This document shows, one piece after another, positions 51,101 through 62,409 of a stretch of DNA of 64,000 bases. Both the position numbers and the translations under genes were made by a program. Location of the stretch: positions 37,512,001-37,576,000 of the forward strand of contig NC_087245.1 of the NCBI RefSeq assembly GCF_037042905.1, in the 5' to 3' direction. The stretch comes from Lytechinus pictus. Its lineage: Eukaryota. How positions within the stretch are numbered: position 1 is the stretch's first letter; the number at the start of each line of letters is the position of its first letter. The notes beneath the pieces are model-generated. The model was not told the DNA's origin. It worked only from the letters and a program-made list of their open reading frames with translations, and did no database searches.

Positions 51101-54100
51101 ACTCGGTTTATTCTAAAGCAATAGCACCTCAAAACCCCTTTAAAACATGTTCCAAACGATCGCGCATGTTGGCGACTTCCATTCCAATGCATTCGTCTTT
51201 GTGACTTTGTCAGGAAGATGCGCGCGACCGCGAACAAAATTTTGATGTATTCCTTTGTTTTTAAACATCGCCGATTCGATTTTCGATTCGATTTCGATTT
51301 TAGAAGCTTAACTGCCGATCCGATTTTCGATCTGATTTTTGATCCGATTTACAACATTACATGTAAGACCATTCTGAAATCATTGTCTCTGTTTTAGTTT
51401 ATACCAAGAGTTCCTTAAAGGTATTGTTTAACTTTGTGAGCAGCCGATTTAAAAAATTCTCAAACCAAGATAAAGCATGTGTACAAGTGCATGAATTAGA
51501 ACTAATAAACCCTGAAAACAACCATTATTGAGAATGAAAAGCTAAAACTACAAGGCAAACCCCGATTTTGTAAATAGGCGTCTTATAGACGCCTAAATAG
51601 TACACACAAGTGTATGGGATGAAATTAAGATGGTGTTTTCGGTCACTTTATATTTCAATTTTTGAAGCACTAAATAATTATTTTCGAACGCAATTTTTTC
51701 TGGGCTTCATTTTTGTAACATATCACAGACACAGGTGACAAGTGTGACCTTCTAGCTCAGATTTTTTTAAAGTCAAAGCAATGTTAGCCAATCACTTTAA
51801 GCTCTGATATCATCATGGTTTGAGCAGTTCGTAGGTGAAGTCAAAAAAAAGAAAAGAGGGGTGGAATGTACAAAACCCTAAATACCTGTGTGTCGGGCTT
51901 GACTTTCCTTAATGCTGCTTCAGCCATTGTATGGGCTGCCCTCAGAAGATCCGCCTTTCGACCTTTGACCTTGTTGTCTGACGTTGCCCCGACAATCATG
52001 GTATGTGCAACAACTGCTATGAAGCCATCCACGTGGGCACCAAGATCACTGGGGAGTGAAAGAGAAAAACAAGAAAAATAACATTTTTATCATTGAATCT
52101 TCAGCAGATATTTGGCCTGATGTTACCATCATAATATGGTGAAAAGTAGCATATATTGTGGTGTTAATGGTGCAAGAACGCCCTTAGCAAAATACTTTTG
52201 GGCGTGGCATCACTGGTGCAAACCACCTTACGCAATGCATTTATGCGCGGTTCTAAGGGTGTTTTTGCACGTATGCAATGTGCGAAAGTGTGGTATTAAG
52301 GGCCTTCGTGCACTAACACAATATTTACCTCATTATTCAGTTTAGTTTGTTTATCAATATATCGCAGCCTAAAATGAGTTGCATGACAATTTACAATATT
52401 TGTCATCACACGAGCATAGTACTTTCAGTATCAATATCAAAATTTTTTTTAAGAAAATAGATAAAGTATTCATACTTGTGATATTATTCAATGCAAGATT
52501 GTACCACAGGTCACCCATCATAGATCAGTTCCAAGAGATCTGATTCTTACCTTGAACTTCCAAGGTTCCCACAGGGAACAGCCCCCCCAAAATAAAATTC
52601 AACCCAAAGGACCCATTCTCTAGAATGGAATGGCAAACCTACTAAGGACAAAATTAAGGCCTGTCTTCTGAAGTCAGGTTTACCTCAGACCACGGTCTAA
52701 ATCTCTGCTAAAATTATGAGCCGCCAAAAATGTCAAAATTTTAATGTTTCTTGTGATCACATTGTTCCTCCATCATGCTACAATGGTGAAGGAAAACTAA
52801 TTCAATTATTCCAAGAAATTTATCACTGTTCCAAGTAAACAGATAAGATGATAAAAAAAAAAACAATACTGTTAAGCGATTTGTGTCACAATTTGCTATT
52901 CATGGTTAAACCACAACTTTATACCGGAGATAAAATTAACCCTTCAGTCTTCAATGCTGTTTGCATACCATATTTTTCAGCTTCAATGTAAAAATATAGC
53001 GGACTTGCACGAATGTGGGTAAAAATATATATATATCCTATCCAATAGCCACCACCCCCCTCAAAATCAAATTCCGGTGACGATTTCAGCTTTTGTGTTA
53101 AAACTTACATCTTCACCACATCTCCCTCCTTCAGCTCTGCTTTCGATTCACTTCGTATCGGTGAGAAATGACATACACAGTTGTTCACTGATATACAGGT
53201 TGGGAATGCAATACCTGGGTGAACAAAATTATTTGAACAAGCTCACATTATACTCAAATGATTTATGTTGAGAAAATTCAATAAGGGGTCATTGGACATT
53301 ATAATAAACACTAAACTGCTGAGCAACATGTATTGTAGTACTTCTGGGGCCCGTAACACAAAGCTTAGCAATGATCGTAGTCCATTTTTCTACGATTGAT
53401 TGCATTGACTACAATGTACAATCAATCGTGAAAATCAAGCATACAATCAATCGCAAACCTTTGTGTTCTGGGACCCTGGTAATATAATTTATGTGTAAAA
53501 GGAGTTTCAAAGTAGTTGGGAAAATAGCATTAACATTCAGCCCTTGTAATCACAAAGACATGAAAGTAGTTGCAGAAAACTCTGTTTTTATGACAACTGT
53601 TTTCAAGACAATGTCTTTAACACCAAGGTACATTGGCACTGTGTCATCCTAGATCTAGATCTGCTACAGTGACACAAACTGAACTTTGTCAAATCATGAA
53701 ATCTAAAAACTGAACATACAAAAGCACATGTCGGGAAGTGTATTATCATCGCTTGGAAAAAGACCCCAAATTTCGCTTGAGTCCCATGCTTAATTTGCTA
53801 ATTTCTCAGCAATTACATTTTGTTCAGAATACTTTTTTATTTATGCAAAGAGACAGCTGGGTGGTCACTTTATTGGATTTTGTACAAAATAATTTTGAAA
53901 TTGTTACCACAAATGGTGTTCTTAACCCTTGTGTTTAATGCAACTTTATACTCTACAAAGGGGACTGTACTCAATGGAAGACGACGACTTTGGGGGTCCT
54001 ACGTGTATATTATAAATTAAATTGACAGGAAACTACTTTCCTCCACAGGTAAATGCACTGAACACAAATCAAGTGAGCAGGTCACACATGCTTTTTCCTA

Positions 54101-57100
54101 GATTCTGATTATTTGAAGAGCAATCCAATAAACATTATATTTTTGTAACATTGGAGTGATAGATGATCCTGGAATATACATGTAATTCACATTTCTGACC
54201 CTTTACCAAAACTTTAGAAATGCGTTTAACCCATCATTTACCTTTCTTCATTTCTTTGTCCTTCTTGTAGACTTGGCTCGTCTTTTCCTCGAGAATCTTG
54301 TCTCCAAGATCACATATCGAGACGATCTCCGCCCCCGCTACACATTTAGCCATCACTTGCTTCAAGACATCTGCAGAAAATAACAGAGGTAAAGATGAAA
54401 CAATTCACGTATATTGTGATCCTTGCAGCCTAAAATATTGACCCCACCCTCCTAACCCTACATTTTTTTTAAGGGGGATATAGGATTTTTAACCTGCTTA
54501 TACATGTATGCTCCAGTCCGACCTTTAAACAAAAGGCAACCAGTACTCTGATGTCCATCATGAACATGGCAAGGGGCCCACGGGGGGGGGGGGGGGACTG
54601 CCATGGTGAGTGTAGGACAATAGGGCATTCATGACACTGGGGTTCATGCCATTGTCTTAACAACTGGGGGCCGTTTCATAAAGCTGTTCGTAAGTTAAGA
54701 GCGACTTAAAGAACGACTGGTGATCCTTTCTCACACGCTGAACCATCGCCAATTCAATATACCACTTACCGCAAGAAGGGATCACCAGTCGTTCTTAAAG
54801 TCGCTCATAACTTACGAACAGCTTTATGAAACACCCACCAGGGGCCCCGTTTCATAAAGCTGTTCGCAAGTTACAAATGACTTTACGCAAGACTGGTGAC
54901 CCTTTCTTGTGCTATATGATACATAGGGACAGTGATTTTCCGCGATCGCGGAAAACGGACGGAATTCACGGAATCGGCCTTTTGAAACGAAAAAGTGGCT
55001 TTTCAAACGGAAAATCATGGAAAACATGATTTTTCCAAAATGCACAAAATAGCAACAGAAATCAATCCCAATTCCTCAACAAAATACGAATATCAACTGA
55101 AAAAAACACGATCTCACTTTGCAACAACAATCATGACAATCAACACATCGTAACTACACTCGAGCCCCTCCATCACTCGATCGTATCTAAATTAGTTTAC
55201 ACTCACGTCCGCATATAAGGCAGAATACGGCCGTGTGTTGCTGCCCTCTGCGTTCGGTCATAATATAATGATAACGGTGATTCAACAAATCCAAAGTGGC
55301 GGATAGGCGAAAGTCGTCGACTGCTCAAAACGATGTCCGAAAAGTCCTCAAATCAGCGATAAAATCCCATTTAACCATAAAATAATGCGAATAATATGAA
55401 AGGTGAGAATGTATTCATGTTGATTATGTTTCTCTAAAGAGTTTTTGAGCTTGAATCTCTTCGATTAAAATGGATTTTAAAGCGATGTTAGTACATTGGT
55501 AGATGCAAATTTTGACCAGCGCTAGCATTTTGACATCGCTACTCATTGCGTAGGGGAAGGCGGGGTAAGTTGTGACACTTTTTGCATTTTGCATGATAGA
55601 ATTGATATGACTAATAATATTGTAGAAATAAGTACCTTGCCTTTAAATATGATTATTGGTAAATATTTTCACCTATATTCAACTTTCTACCCCCACACTG
55701 AAAGTCGTTGTGACCTTTGAATAAAACGATGTCAAGTGGCACAACTTGCCCCATCTGTGGGGTAAGTTGTGCCACTTTCGAGGGTAAGTTGAGCCACAAA
55801 AACTATGTACAAAATGTATGCGGAAAGAACCAGCATGTCAATTTTTTATCTTAAGTCTTTTCACTTGCTAATTCTCTAAAAATACTAACATTCTCTAAAA
55901 GTAAAAGAACTGTCATGTGAATTTGCTCTTTTCTGCCTGCATATCGATGGCTTTTTAACGTTTGATTGTGTTTTCATTTACATTACCATAAGAATTACCA
56001 TGGCTCAACTTGCCCCATGTTTGCTGGCTCAACTTACCCCAGTCCGAACTTAATGCGATAATTTCACATCCACACATTTCTTATGTATCCATCATGTAAA
56101 AAATGTGACAAGAATGAAGATCCATACCTGGACTGACAATGTTGTTCATATGCTTTATTATATGTAAAGAAGTGTGTGTGTAAAAAACACTTATCTATTT
56201 CACACCCTTTTTTACTTTTTTGGCTGAAATTTGTATTTTTCCCTCTAAAAAAGTACTTTTTGTTTCAAAGTTGAAAACAATGTGGTGGGGTGAAGGGTTA
56301 TGTAATGGGTCATCAATACATGACACCACCATAATGTCTAACTAATTCATTATTGGCCTGGGGGCGGTGGCTCGACTTGCCCCTATGCTCAACTTACCCT
56401 GCCTTCCCCTATTGGTTTTCTATGTAAACGGAATTGTCACTTTTTCATGTACACAAAGTCTATGGGGAAACGGAATTTCCGTTTTCAGACGTGCTGAAAC
56501 GGAATTTGAGATTTTCTGAAACGGAAAACGCAATTTTTAGAAACGGAAAATCACTGTCCCTAGATACATCCCTATGTAGCTGATTTATGTACATAAGAAC
56601 ATGTTCCAGTTGTTCATAAAGTTGTGAGTAACTTTACGAACAGCTTTATGAAACATCCACCTGGGGGCCGTTTCATAAAGCTGTTTGTAAGTTAAGACCA
56701 ACTTAAATAACGTCTGGTGATCCTTTCTCACGCTCTAAACCATCACCAATTCAATACCACTTACCGCAAGAAGGGATCACCATTCGTTCTTAAAGTCGCT
56801 CATAACTTACGAACAGCTTTGTAAAACACCCACCTGGGTCCCGTAACACAAAGGTTAGCGATTAATCGTATGCTTGATATTTACGATTGATTGTACATTG
56901 TAGTCAATGCAATCAATCGTAGAAAAATGTTCTACGATCACTGCTTAGCTTTGTATTACGGGCCCCTGGTTTATTATCTACATGCATGGATGATATTCGT
57001 TCCCGATGAGCTAAACACAAATCTTACATTTCAAATCATAGTATTTGGACAGACAATGAATCCATCAAACTCTATTTCACTTCTAATCACTAGTATCACT

Positions 57101-60045
57101 TGACATAGTCTCCTGTCTCATGAAAAAAAATTTAAACTATAATTATCTTGAAATCTGAATATTAACTATACATGCAATTGGAAGTGGAAAAGTATAAAAC
57201 AAATAAACTATGCATCTTCAATTCTTCATAAACTTTTATCATAGATCTATTCATCTGCAAACTTGTAACATTGTCATTGACAATTGTTACAGTTCATTTA
57301 ATTAAGCTCGACAGATCATGGTCAAACTTTTAACTTCACATTGATAATCTGGTTAACTTTGTGTAGCAGGGATTTACTCGGCCACAAGCATTGTCATTGG
57401 TCCTCTATTTCCACCTAGCTAAGTGTGCGTGTACAAACTGGTATCCAAAACAATTTGGCCGACTTATTCAAGAAAAGGTTATATTTGAAATAGAAGCTCA
57501 TTGAAAACAATAGAGGCAGTCACGTATACTCTAACGTTAGGCTAAACAAATGATTATCATCAAATTGGCAAGAATCTTATCTAGATATAGGATATCAAAA
57601 AAATGAAACAGAGGTATAACGTTAGATCTAAATCCTTTCTTTAGAAAACTCTAATCTAGCTGACGTTCAATTGCTCATAGTCAAGAAAGTGGAATTAAGG
57701 CGTCAGGTCAGAGCCAACCAACATTGTATCATCAACTCGTAGTCGTTGGTCTTAACTCTTATTTACACGAGTTTGAATCTCATATTTAAAGGTCAAGTCC
57801 ACTCCAGGAAAATGCTGACTCGCATAAATAGAGAAAAATCAAACTAGCATAGTGCTGAAAATTTCATCGAAATTGGAAAATCGGATGTAAAATAAGAAAG
57901 TTATGACATTCTAAAGTTGCGCTTATTTTTCACAAAACAGTGATATGCACAACTAGTTGAGTCAGTCGATGTCCATCACTCACTATTTCTTTTGTTTTTT
58001 ATTGTTTGAATTATACATTATTTCATTTTTTAAAGATTTGACAATAAAGACCAACTTGACTGAACCATATAGTATCAAACAATGCTAATTCCACATGTTC
58101 AGGGAGGAATTAATCGTTGTATCACTTGACAATGAGGAGAAAATTAGAAAATTTCATAATTCATATAATAAAATACAAAATAAATAGTAAGTGGATGACG
58201 TCATAGTCTCCTCATTTGCATACCAGCCAAGATGTGCATGTAACTGTTTTGTGAAATTAAGCGAAACTTTAAAATGTCATAACTTTCTTATTTTACACCC
58301 GATTTTGATGAAATTTTCAGTGTTATGCTTGTTGGATTTTTCTCTTTTTATTCAAATCAACTTTTTGTTGGGGTGGACTTGTCCTTTAATAGTAGAGTCT
58401 AGATTGCTATTAATATTTTTCTGTTGTAAAATTTCTTATAGCATTTAACCTATTCAATTCATTGAATTCATTCAAATCAGACCCAACAAGTCGTAATACT
58501 AGGCTCTACTACATTATTCAATAAATAGTCGAACATTAAAAGTAAGTGAATTCAGACAGTGAAAATTAACCAACATTGCGACATTGTCTGGCGGATTTGG
58601 CGGCTGGGGCCTGGGCATAACGAATTTGACCAACATCTACTCTACTCTAGATCTACGTCACTGGCTGTTCCAGGAGGGTACAGCTGGCCCATGCCCCCAC
58701 CCCCCCCCCCCCCTTTGAGAGGCACAATTTAAATTTGTAAATGTAAAAAGTGTGCCCCCCCCCCCTTTGGAAAGTGAAGACCTTTTTTTTTAGGGGGGGG
58801 ACACGTTTACTTGAACATTTTATGCACTGAAAACATTTATGAATGGGTGACGTCTAGTCTTGAGGACTCCATGATGATGTCTTTTTTCAATCTGACATAT
58901 ACTTCTTCATCATTGGAGTCTTGAAGAGGCCTTCATATATGTATAAGAGAACCAGGTAAATAAAGATGGAAATCAATCTTTTGATAAAAGAATCATGTTA
59001 AATATTTTTATTTTATTAATTTCTACACCTTCCTACGCCTTATGCGTAGGAAGGTTTTGAAAAATCTTCGGTAAAAATGTTACAAAATGAAGGTTTCTTA
59101 CCAGATTGATGTCGCGTAGACCCCTCGATCCACATGTAAACAACGCAAATACAATAGCGTCGACCCTTGAACCGCTTATGTATTACGTACTTCCGATAAG
59201 CAATGCCGTTTTGAAGAACAATTTAGCCTATAGATAAAAAATATTATTTCACAAATAGGCCCCCTACTAAAATTTATCACGTAATTATAAATAATTAGTA
59301 TATTGCTAATTATTTATAATCACGTAATAAATTTTAGTATTTGTGAAATATTTTTTATCTATAGTATAAATTGTTCTTCAAAACGGCATTGCTTATCGGT
59401 AGTACGTAATACATAAGCGGTTCAAAGGTCGACGCTATTGTATTTGCGTTGTTCACATGTGGATCGAGGGGTCTACGCGACATCAATCTGGTAAGAAACC
59501 TTCATTTTGTAACATTTTTACCAAAAATTTTTTTAAAACCTTCCTACGCATTAGGCGTAGAAATTAATAAAATAAAAATATTTTTATGTGATTCTTTTAT
59601 CAAACTTCAAAGATGGATTTCCTAGGGAAATCCATCTTTATTTACCTGGTTCTCATACATATATAAAGGCCTCTTCAAGACTTCAGTGATGAAGAAGTAT
59701 ATGTCAGATTGAAAAAAGACATCATCATGGACATGGAGTCCTCAGCCTCAGGACTAGGTGACGTCCGTCCATTGGCTTTGCCTTATTTCTTGGTACATAA
59801 ATTGCAATTGCACACGCTCATGCAGCGCATGCATGCAACACACACACACGATCCGATGCAATTCAACGAGACCCATCTGGTTCATGATCTATCGAAAAAT
59901 AATTCGATTTCCTCACCAATCATTCACATTTTATTGATGTTAACTTGCTTAACTCACCATTTACCATGTCGCCCACCATTTTATATTTGGTGACGACGAT
60001 GTCTTCGGCTATGGTAGGCTCTTCTTCTGAATCCGAGTCAGGCAT
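37641..60045 (-). CDS. PA2G4: Proliferation-associated protein 2G4 (EBP1); gene span, 10 coding exons, 1179 nt, 392 aa
   Basis: Hand-spliced exons give one uninterrupted frame with all introns GT-AG. Motifs include [85 protein letters not shown] and a lysine-rich tail. Confidence 0.97.
38532..39064. mobile_element. Harbinger-type MITE
   Basis: TIR CTGTTACATCTGGAAATC / GATTTTCTAGATGTAACAG, flanked by TAA and TGA. Confidence 0.65.
39302..39355 (-). CDS. PA2G4: PA2G4 coding exon 9 ([18 protein letters not shown])
   Basis: AG/GT boundaries, 54 nt, lysine-rich motif. Confidence 0.93.
40317..40444 (-). CDS. PA2G4: PA2G4 coding exon 8 ([17 protein letters not shown]...DKELK)
   Basis: AG/GT boundaries, 128 nt. 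Confidence 0.95.
41159..41543. mobile_element. TTAA-flanked MITE; near-identical copy at 51415-51800
   Basis: TTAAAGGTATTGTTT...CACTTTAA, with two highly similar copies. Confidence 0.85.
41842..42195. repeat. (CTA/CTG)n compound microsatellite
   Basis: Long CTGCTACTA-type triplet run next to the exon 7 donor. Confidence 0.97.
42202..42296 (-). CDS. PA2G4: PA2G4 coding exon 7 ([31 protein letters not shown])
   Basis: AG/GT boundaries, 95 nt. Confidence 0.95.
42634..43010. mobile_element. hAT-type non-autonomous element with 8-bp TSD and internal ~60-bp repeats
   Basis: GTCGGGAT duplicated at 42626-42633 and 43011-43018; CA...TG ends. Confidence 0.8.
43019..43402. repeat. Degenerate (GAT)n microsatellite
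   Basis: Direct inspection. Confidence 0.9.
43416..43625 (-). CDS. PA2G4: PA2G4 coding exon 6 ([18 protein letters not shown]...TMPFSL)
   Basis: AG/GT boundaries, 210 nt. Confidence 0.95.
47137..47279 (-). CDS. PA2G4: PA2G4 coding exon 5 (NNEVTEVIQ...QNPTEEQ)
   Basis: AG/GT boundaries, 143 nt. Confidence 0.95.
47700..51370. mobile_element. Non-autonomous TIR element carrying the 110-bp array
   Basis: CTTACATGTAA..TTGTAA.TCG-type inverted ends, plus an inner inverted pair at ~47860-47918 and ~51111-51168. Confidence 0.6.
47960..50715. repeat. 110-bp tandem array, ~25 copies
   Basis: GTGGTGATAGCGG recurs every 110 bp from 48091 to 50291, then one 100-bp unit, then to 50611, with a degenerate first unit. 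Confidence 0.97.
51415..51800. mobile_element. TTAA-flanked MITE (copy of 41159-41543)
   Basis: High similarity to the other copy; TTAA flanks. Confidence 0.85.
51886..52048 (-). CDS. PA2G4: PA2G4 coding exon 4 ([16 protein letters not shown]...KVKPDTQ)
   Basis: AG/GT boundaries, 163 nt. Confidence 0.95.
53109..53214 (-). CDS. PA2G4: PA2G4 coding exon 3 ([18 protein letters not shown]...GDVVK)
   Basis: AG/GT boundaries, 106 nt. Confidence 0.96.
53344..53479. mobile_element. Small palindromic MITE; inverted copy at ~56834-56969
   Basis: GGGCCCGTAACACAAAG-type inverted ends, two copies. Confidence 0.7.
54242..54370 (-). CDS. PA2G4: PA2G4 coding exon 2 ([10 protein letters not shown]...KDKEMKK)
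   Basis: AG/GT boundaries, 129 nt. Confidence 0.95.
54924..56562. mobile_element. hAT-like non-autonomous element (TAGGG ends) with 6-bp TSD
   Basis: TIR TAGGGACAGTGATTTTCCG; GATACA at 54918-54923 and 56563-56568; subterminal AACGGAA repeats. Confidence 0.85.
55553..56409. mobile_element. TA-TSD (Tc1/mariner/pogo-type) non-autonomous element nested in the above
   Basis: TA-GGGGAAGGCGGGGTAAGTTG...CAACTTACCCTGCCTTCCCC-TA. Confidence 0.85.
57786..58389. mobile_element. Kolobok/T2-type MITE (family of 19455 and 20187, opposite orientation)
   Basis: TTAAAGGTCAAGTCCAC...GTGGACTTGTCCTTTAA. Confidence 0.87.
58855..59756. mobile_element. 902-bp foldback element with 9-bp TSD
   Basis: Arms are inverted over nearly the whole length. 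Ends are TAGTC...GACTA, with GGTGACGTC at 58846-58854 and 59757-59765. Confidence 0.9.
59958..60045 (-). CDS. PA2G4: PA2G4 coding exon 1 ([29 protein letters not shown])
   Basis: ATG in CAAAATG context and GTGAGT donor, 88 nt. Confidence 0.95.
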
Positions 60046-60099
60046 TTTGAAAGATTTTCTTAACCTCCTAAGAAAACACACTGCGAAATACAATATAGC

Positions 60100-60330
60100 T
60101 AGCGTATGTCGCATACACTGCATGCATTGCAAAATGCGTTGAAATGTCTCCACACGTGTTCTTGCTTGCGATACAATAGGACAAGCGCGGGGTTTTAAAA
60201 GGATTGCGCGCGAACGTCAGCTATAGAGCCTTCTAATACGAGTAGACCATCCAGTAGTCATCACCAATCTTACATACTCGTAGTAGTTGATGTTCTGATT
60301 GATGAAACAATTCACCAATCAAATTTGACG
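60100..60330 (-). promoter_or_regulatory. Putative PA2G4 proximal promoter (E-box CACGTG at 60153-60158; CCAAT motifs near 60265 and 60316)
   Basis: Motifs within ~280 bp upstream of the ATG in a locally CpG-rich stretch. The TSS is not determined. Confidence 0.45.
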
Positions 60331-60726
60331 TTGTTTTAAATTAGCCGCCTCATATTAAAAAATACAAGCAAAACATGCAAACTCGAATACATGAATAGGA
60401 GCGGCATTGCTCAGAGAGTTAGACCCCTCAGCTCCCGGAAGACCCCTATGTGACCATATATTCACGGGCGTCAGAAGTCCCGGGTATGGGATGGGGTATA
60501 ATATTCCCCGGCAATTTCCAATTAAGACAGAAGCGGTTATTATTTTTGATCAATGATGCTTAATGCTTCTGTTAATAATGGGTGAATTTATCTTTAAATT
60601 ATGTCAAAGTGAGCTCCGCTTGGACCACGCCCGATCTTGCAAGAGCTTTATGCGTGTACTTTCCCGGCGCCACAAGTTTACTTGTAGGCCATTTAGGCCC
60701 TATATAGGTTACGTATATGTTTTTTT

Positions 60727-61435
60727 GATTGATTGATTGATTTTATTGATTGATTTTATTTGGCAAGTCACCATAACATACATACAGTAGCATTAAAACA
60801 ACAGGCTTGCACAGGATGACCCACAAAAGCTCGAAAGCTTATTTCCAGTGGGGTCCTCAATATACAGAATTAAGATAATAAAATGGTAAAATTATACTAT
60901 TTACATATTAAAAATGAAAAAAAAAAACAGAATTTACTATTACCAATAAATAAGATATATAGACAATAAATAAGATATATACAAGAATATAACGAAGAAG
61001 AAGAAGAAAAGAAGGAGAAGGAGAAGGAAGAGGAGGAACAGAAGAAGAGAGGGGACGAGGAGTAGAAGGAGACGGAAGAAACTGATAACGAAGGAAAATA
61101 AATAAGGAGAAGAACAACAGCAAAACGTGACGACAATAACAACACGAAGAGGAGAATAGGAAAAGATAAAAGAAATAGAAAGAATAGAAGAAAGGACATA
61201 TCGAAGCTTCAATCAAACTATGTAAAATACATAATAATACCTAGTAGAGAAGAGAAAAGAACTAGGTCAGTATTCAGGCTAAATCAACCGTACAACATAT
61301 CATTTGCATCTTCTTTTTGACTTTCAAGTGAAAGATATTCTTTCAATTTCCTCTTAAAATGCAAAAAGTTTCTTATTTCCTTTATATCATTGGGAAGGGA
61401 ATTCCAATGTTTTACTGAGAAATTTGTAAAATGGA
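60727..61435 (-). mobile_element. CR1/L2-type LINE 3' fragment with (CAAT)n tail
   Basis: Minus strand translates to KHWNSLPNDIKEIRNFLHFKRKLKEYL, typical of the ORF2 C-terminus, followed by a 3'UTR and microsatellite tail. Confidence 0.75.
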
Positions 61436-62409
61436 AGAAAAAAATGAATTTATATTAATATGAAATGAAACTACATGCTACACTATATTCCACAAGCGGT
61501 CCACAATAGTGTGGTTAGAATATAAATCCCCGTTTATGAATGGTTACTAATATGATTCCGATGACTTTTGGAAAAGGTTATAATATCGACCATACAGCGA
61601 TCCGAAAACATTCTTTCATTACTGACTTTGGGAAGTTTGGGTGTCATAATTATCCTGGCATCGTTGTGGAAGCGGCGGATTACTTCAAGTTGACATTAAT
61701 GCCATTAAAAAACGTAGGATAGCTATATTATCCATATCTTTGCAATTTTATTCGTAGGAGAGTTTAATACGCATTGAATAACTTAACTTTCCGAATATTG
61801 TTTCAAATATGAATGGAATTTGTACAGAATTTGGAATGCTATCATCTCTGAATAAAATCTAAAACATTATTCGACATTGTCCTTTCTATCTTATCATGCA
61901 TCATTGTCCAAAAAAGATTCTTTTTTATTATTATTATTTACATTGTGATCTGTGGTGACCATAGAGGTAATACATCTCCGGTGGTGACCGTCCAATGAAG
62001 GCATGCACCTTTATTTCTGTTAAACATGATCCTTTTTTTCATTCTCATCTCACCTACCAGTTGGTAAATCATGAGATTGTCCAAAATATCATCAGTTTAA
62101 TCCTTGGCTTGTTTGATAGAACTTTATTTTTTTTGTTCATAGCCTATTCTTCAGAAGTTTCATTTAGTTATTAATAAGTGACCCTTACTTTCCTTTAATA
62201 AGCACATTACATAGGCGGATCCAGGTGGGGGCCCAAGGGGCCCGGCCCCCCCCCCCCCCCCCCCAATTGGCGGAGCAAAAAAGGAATAAAAAGGGAAAGA
62301 AAGAAAAAAGGAAGGAAAAGAAAAGAGAAAAAAAAAGAGGAGGAAGACGAGTGAATAAAATAAGATGAGAGGAAGACTTGGACAAAAATATTTCATGTCA
62401 CTATATAAA

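Noticed and set aside
59920..60153. N-terminally extended PA2G4 (METFQR...)
   Set aside because: Non-ATG start; similarity to EBP1 begins at the ATG at 60045.
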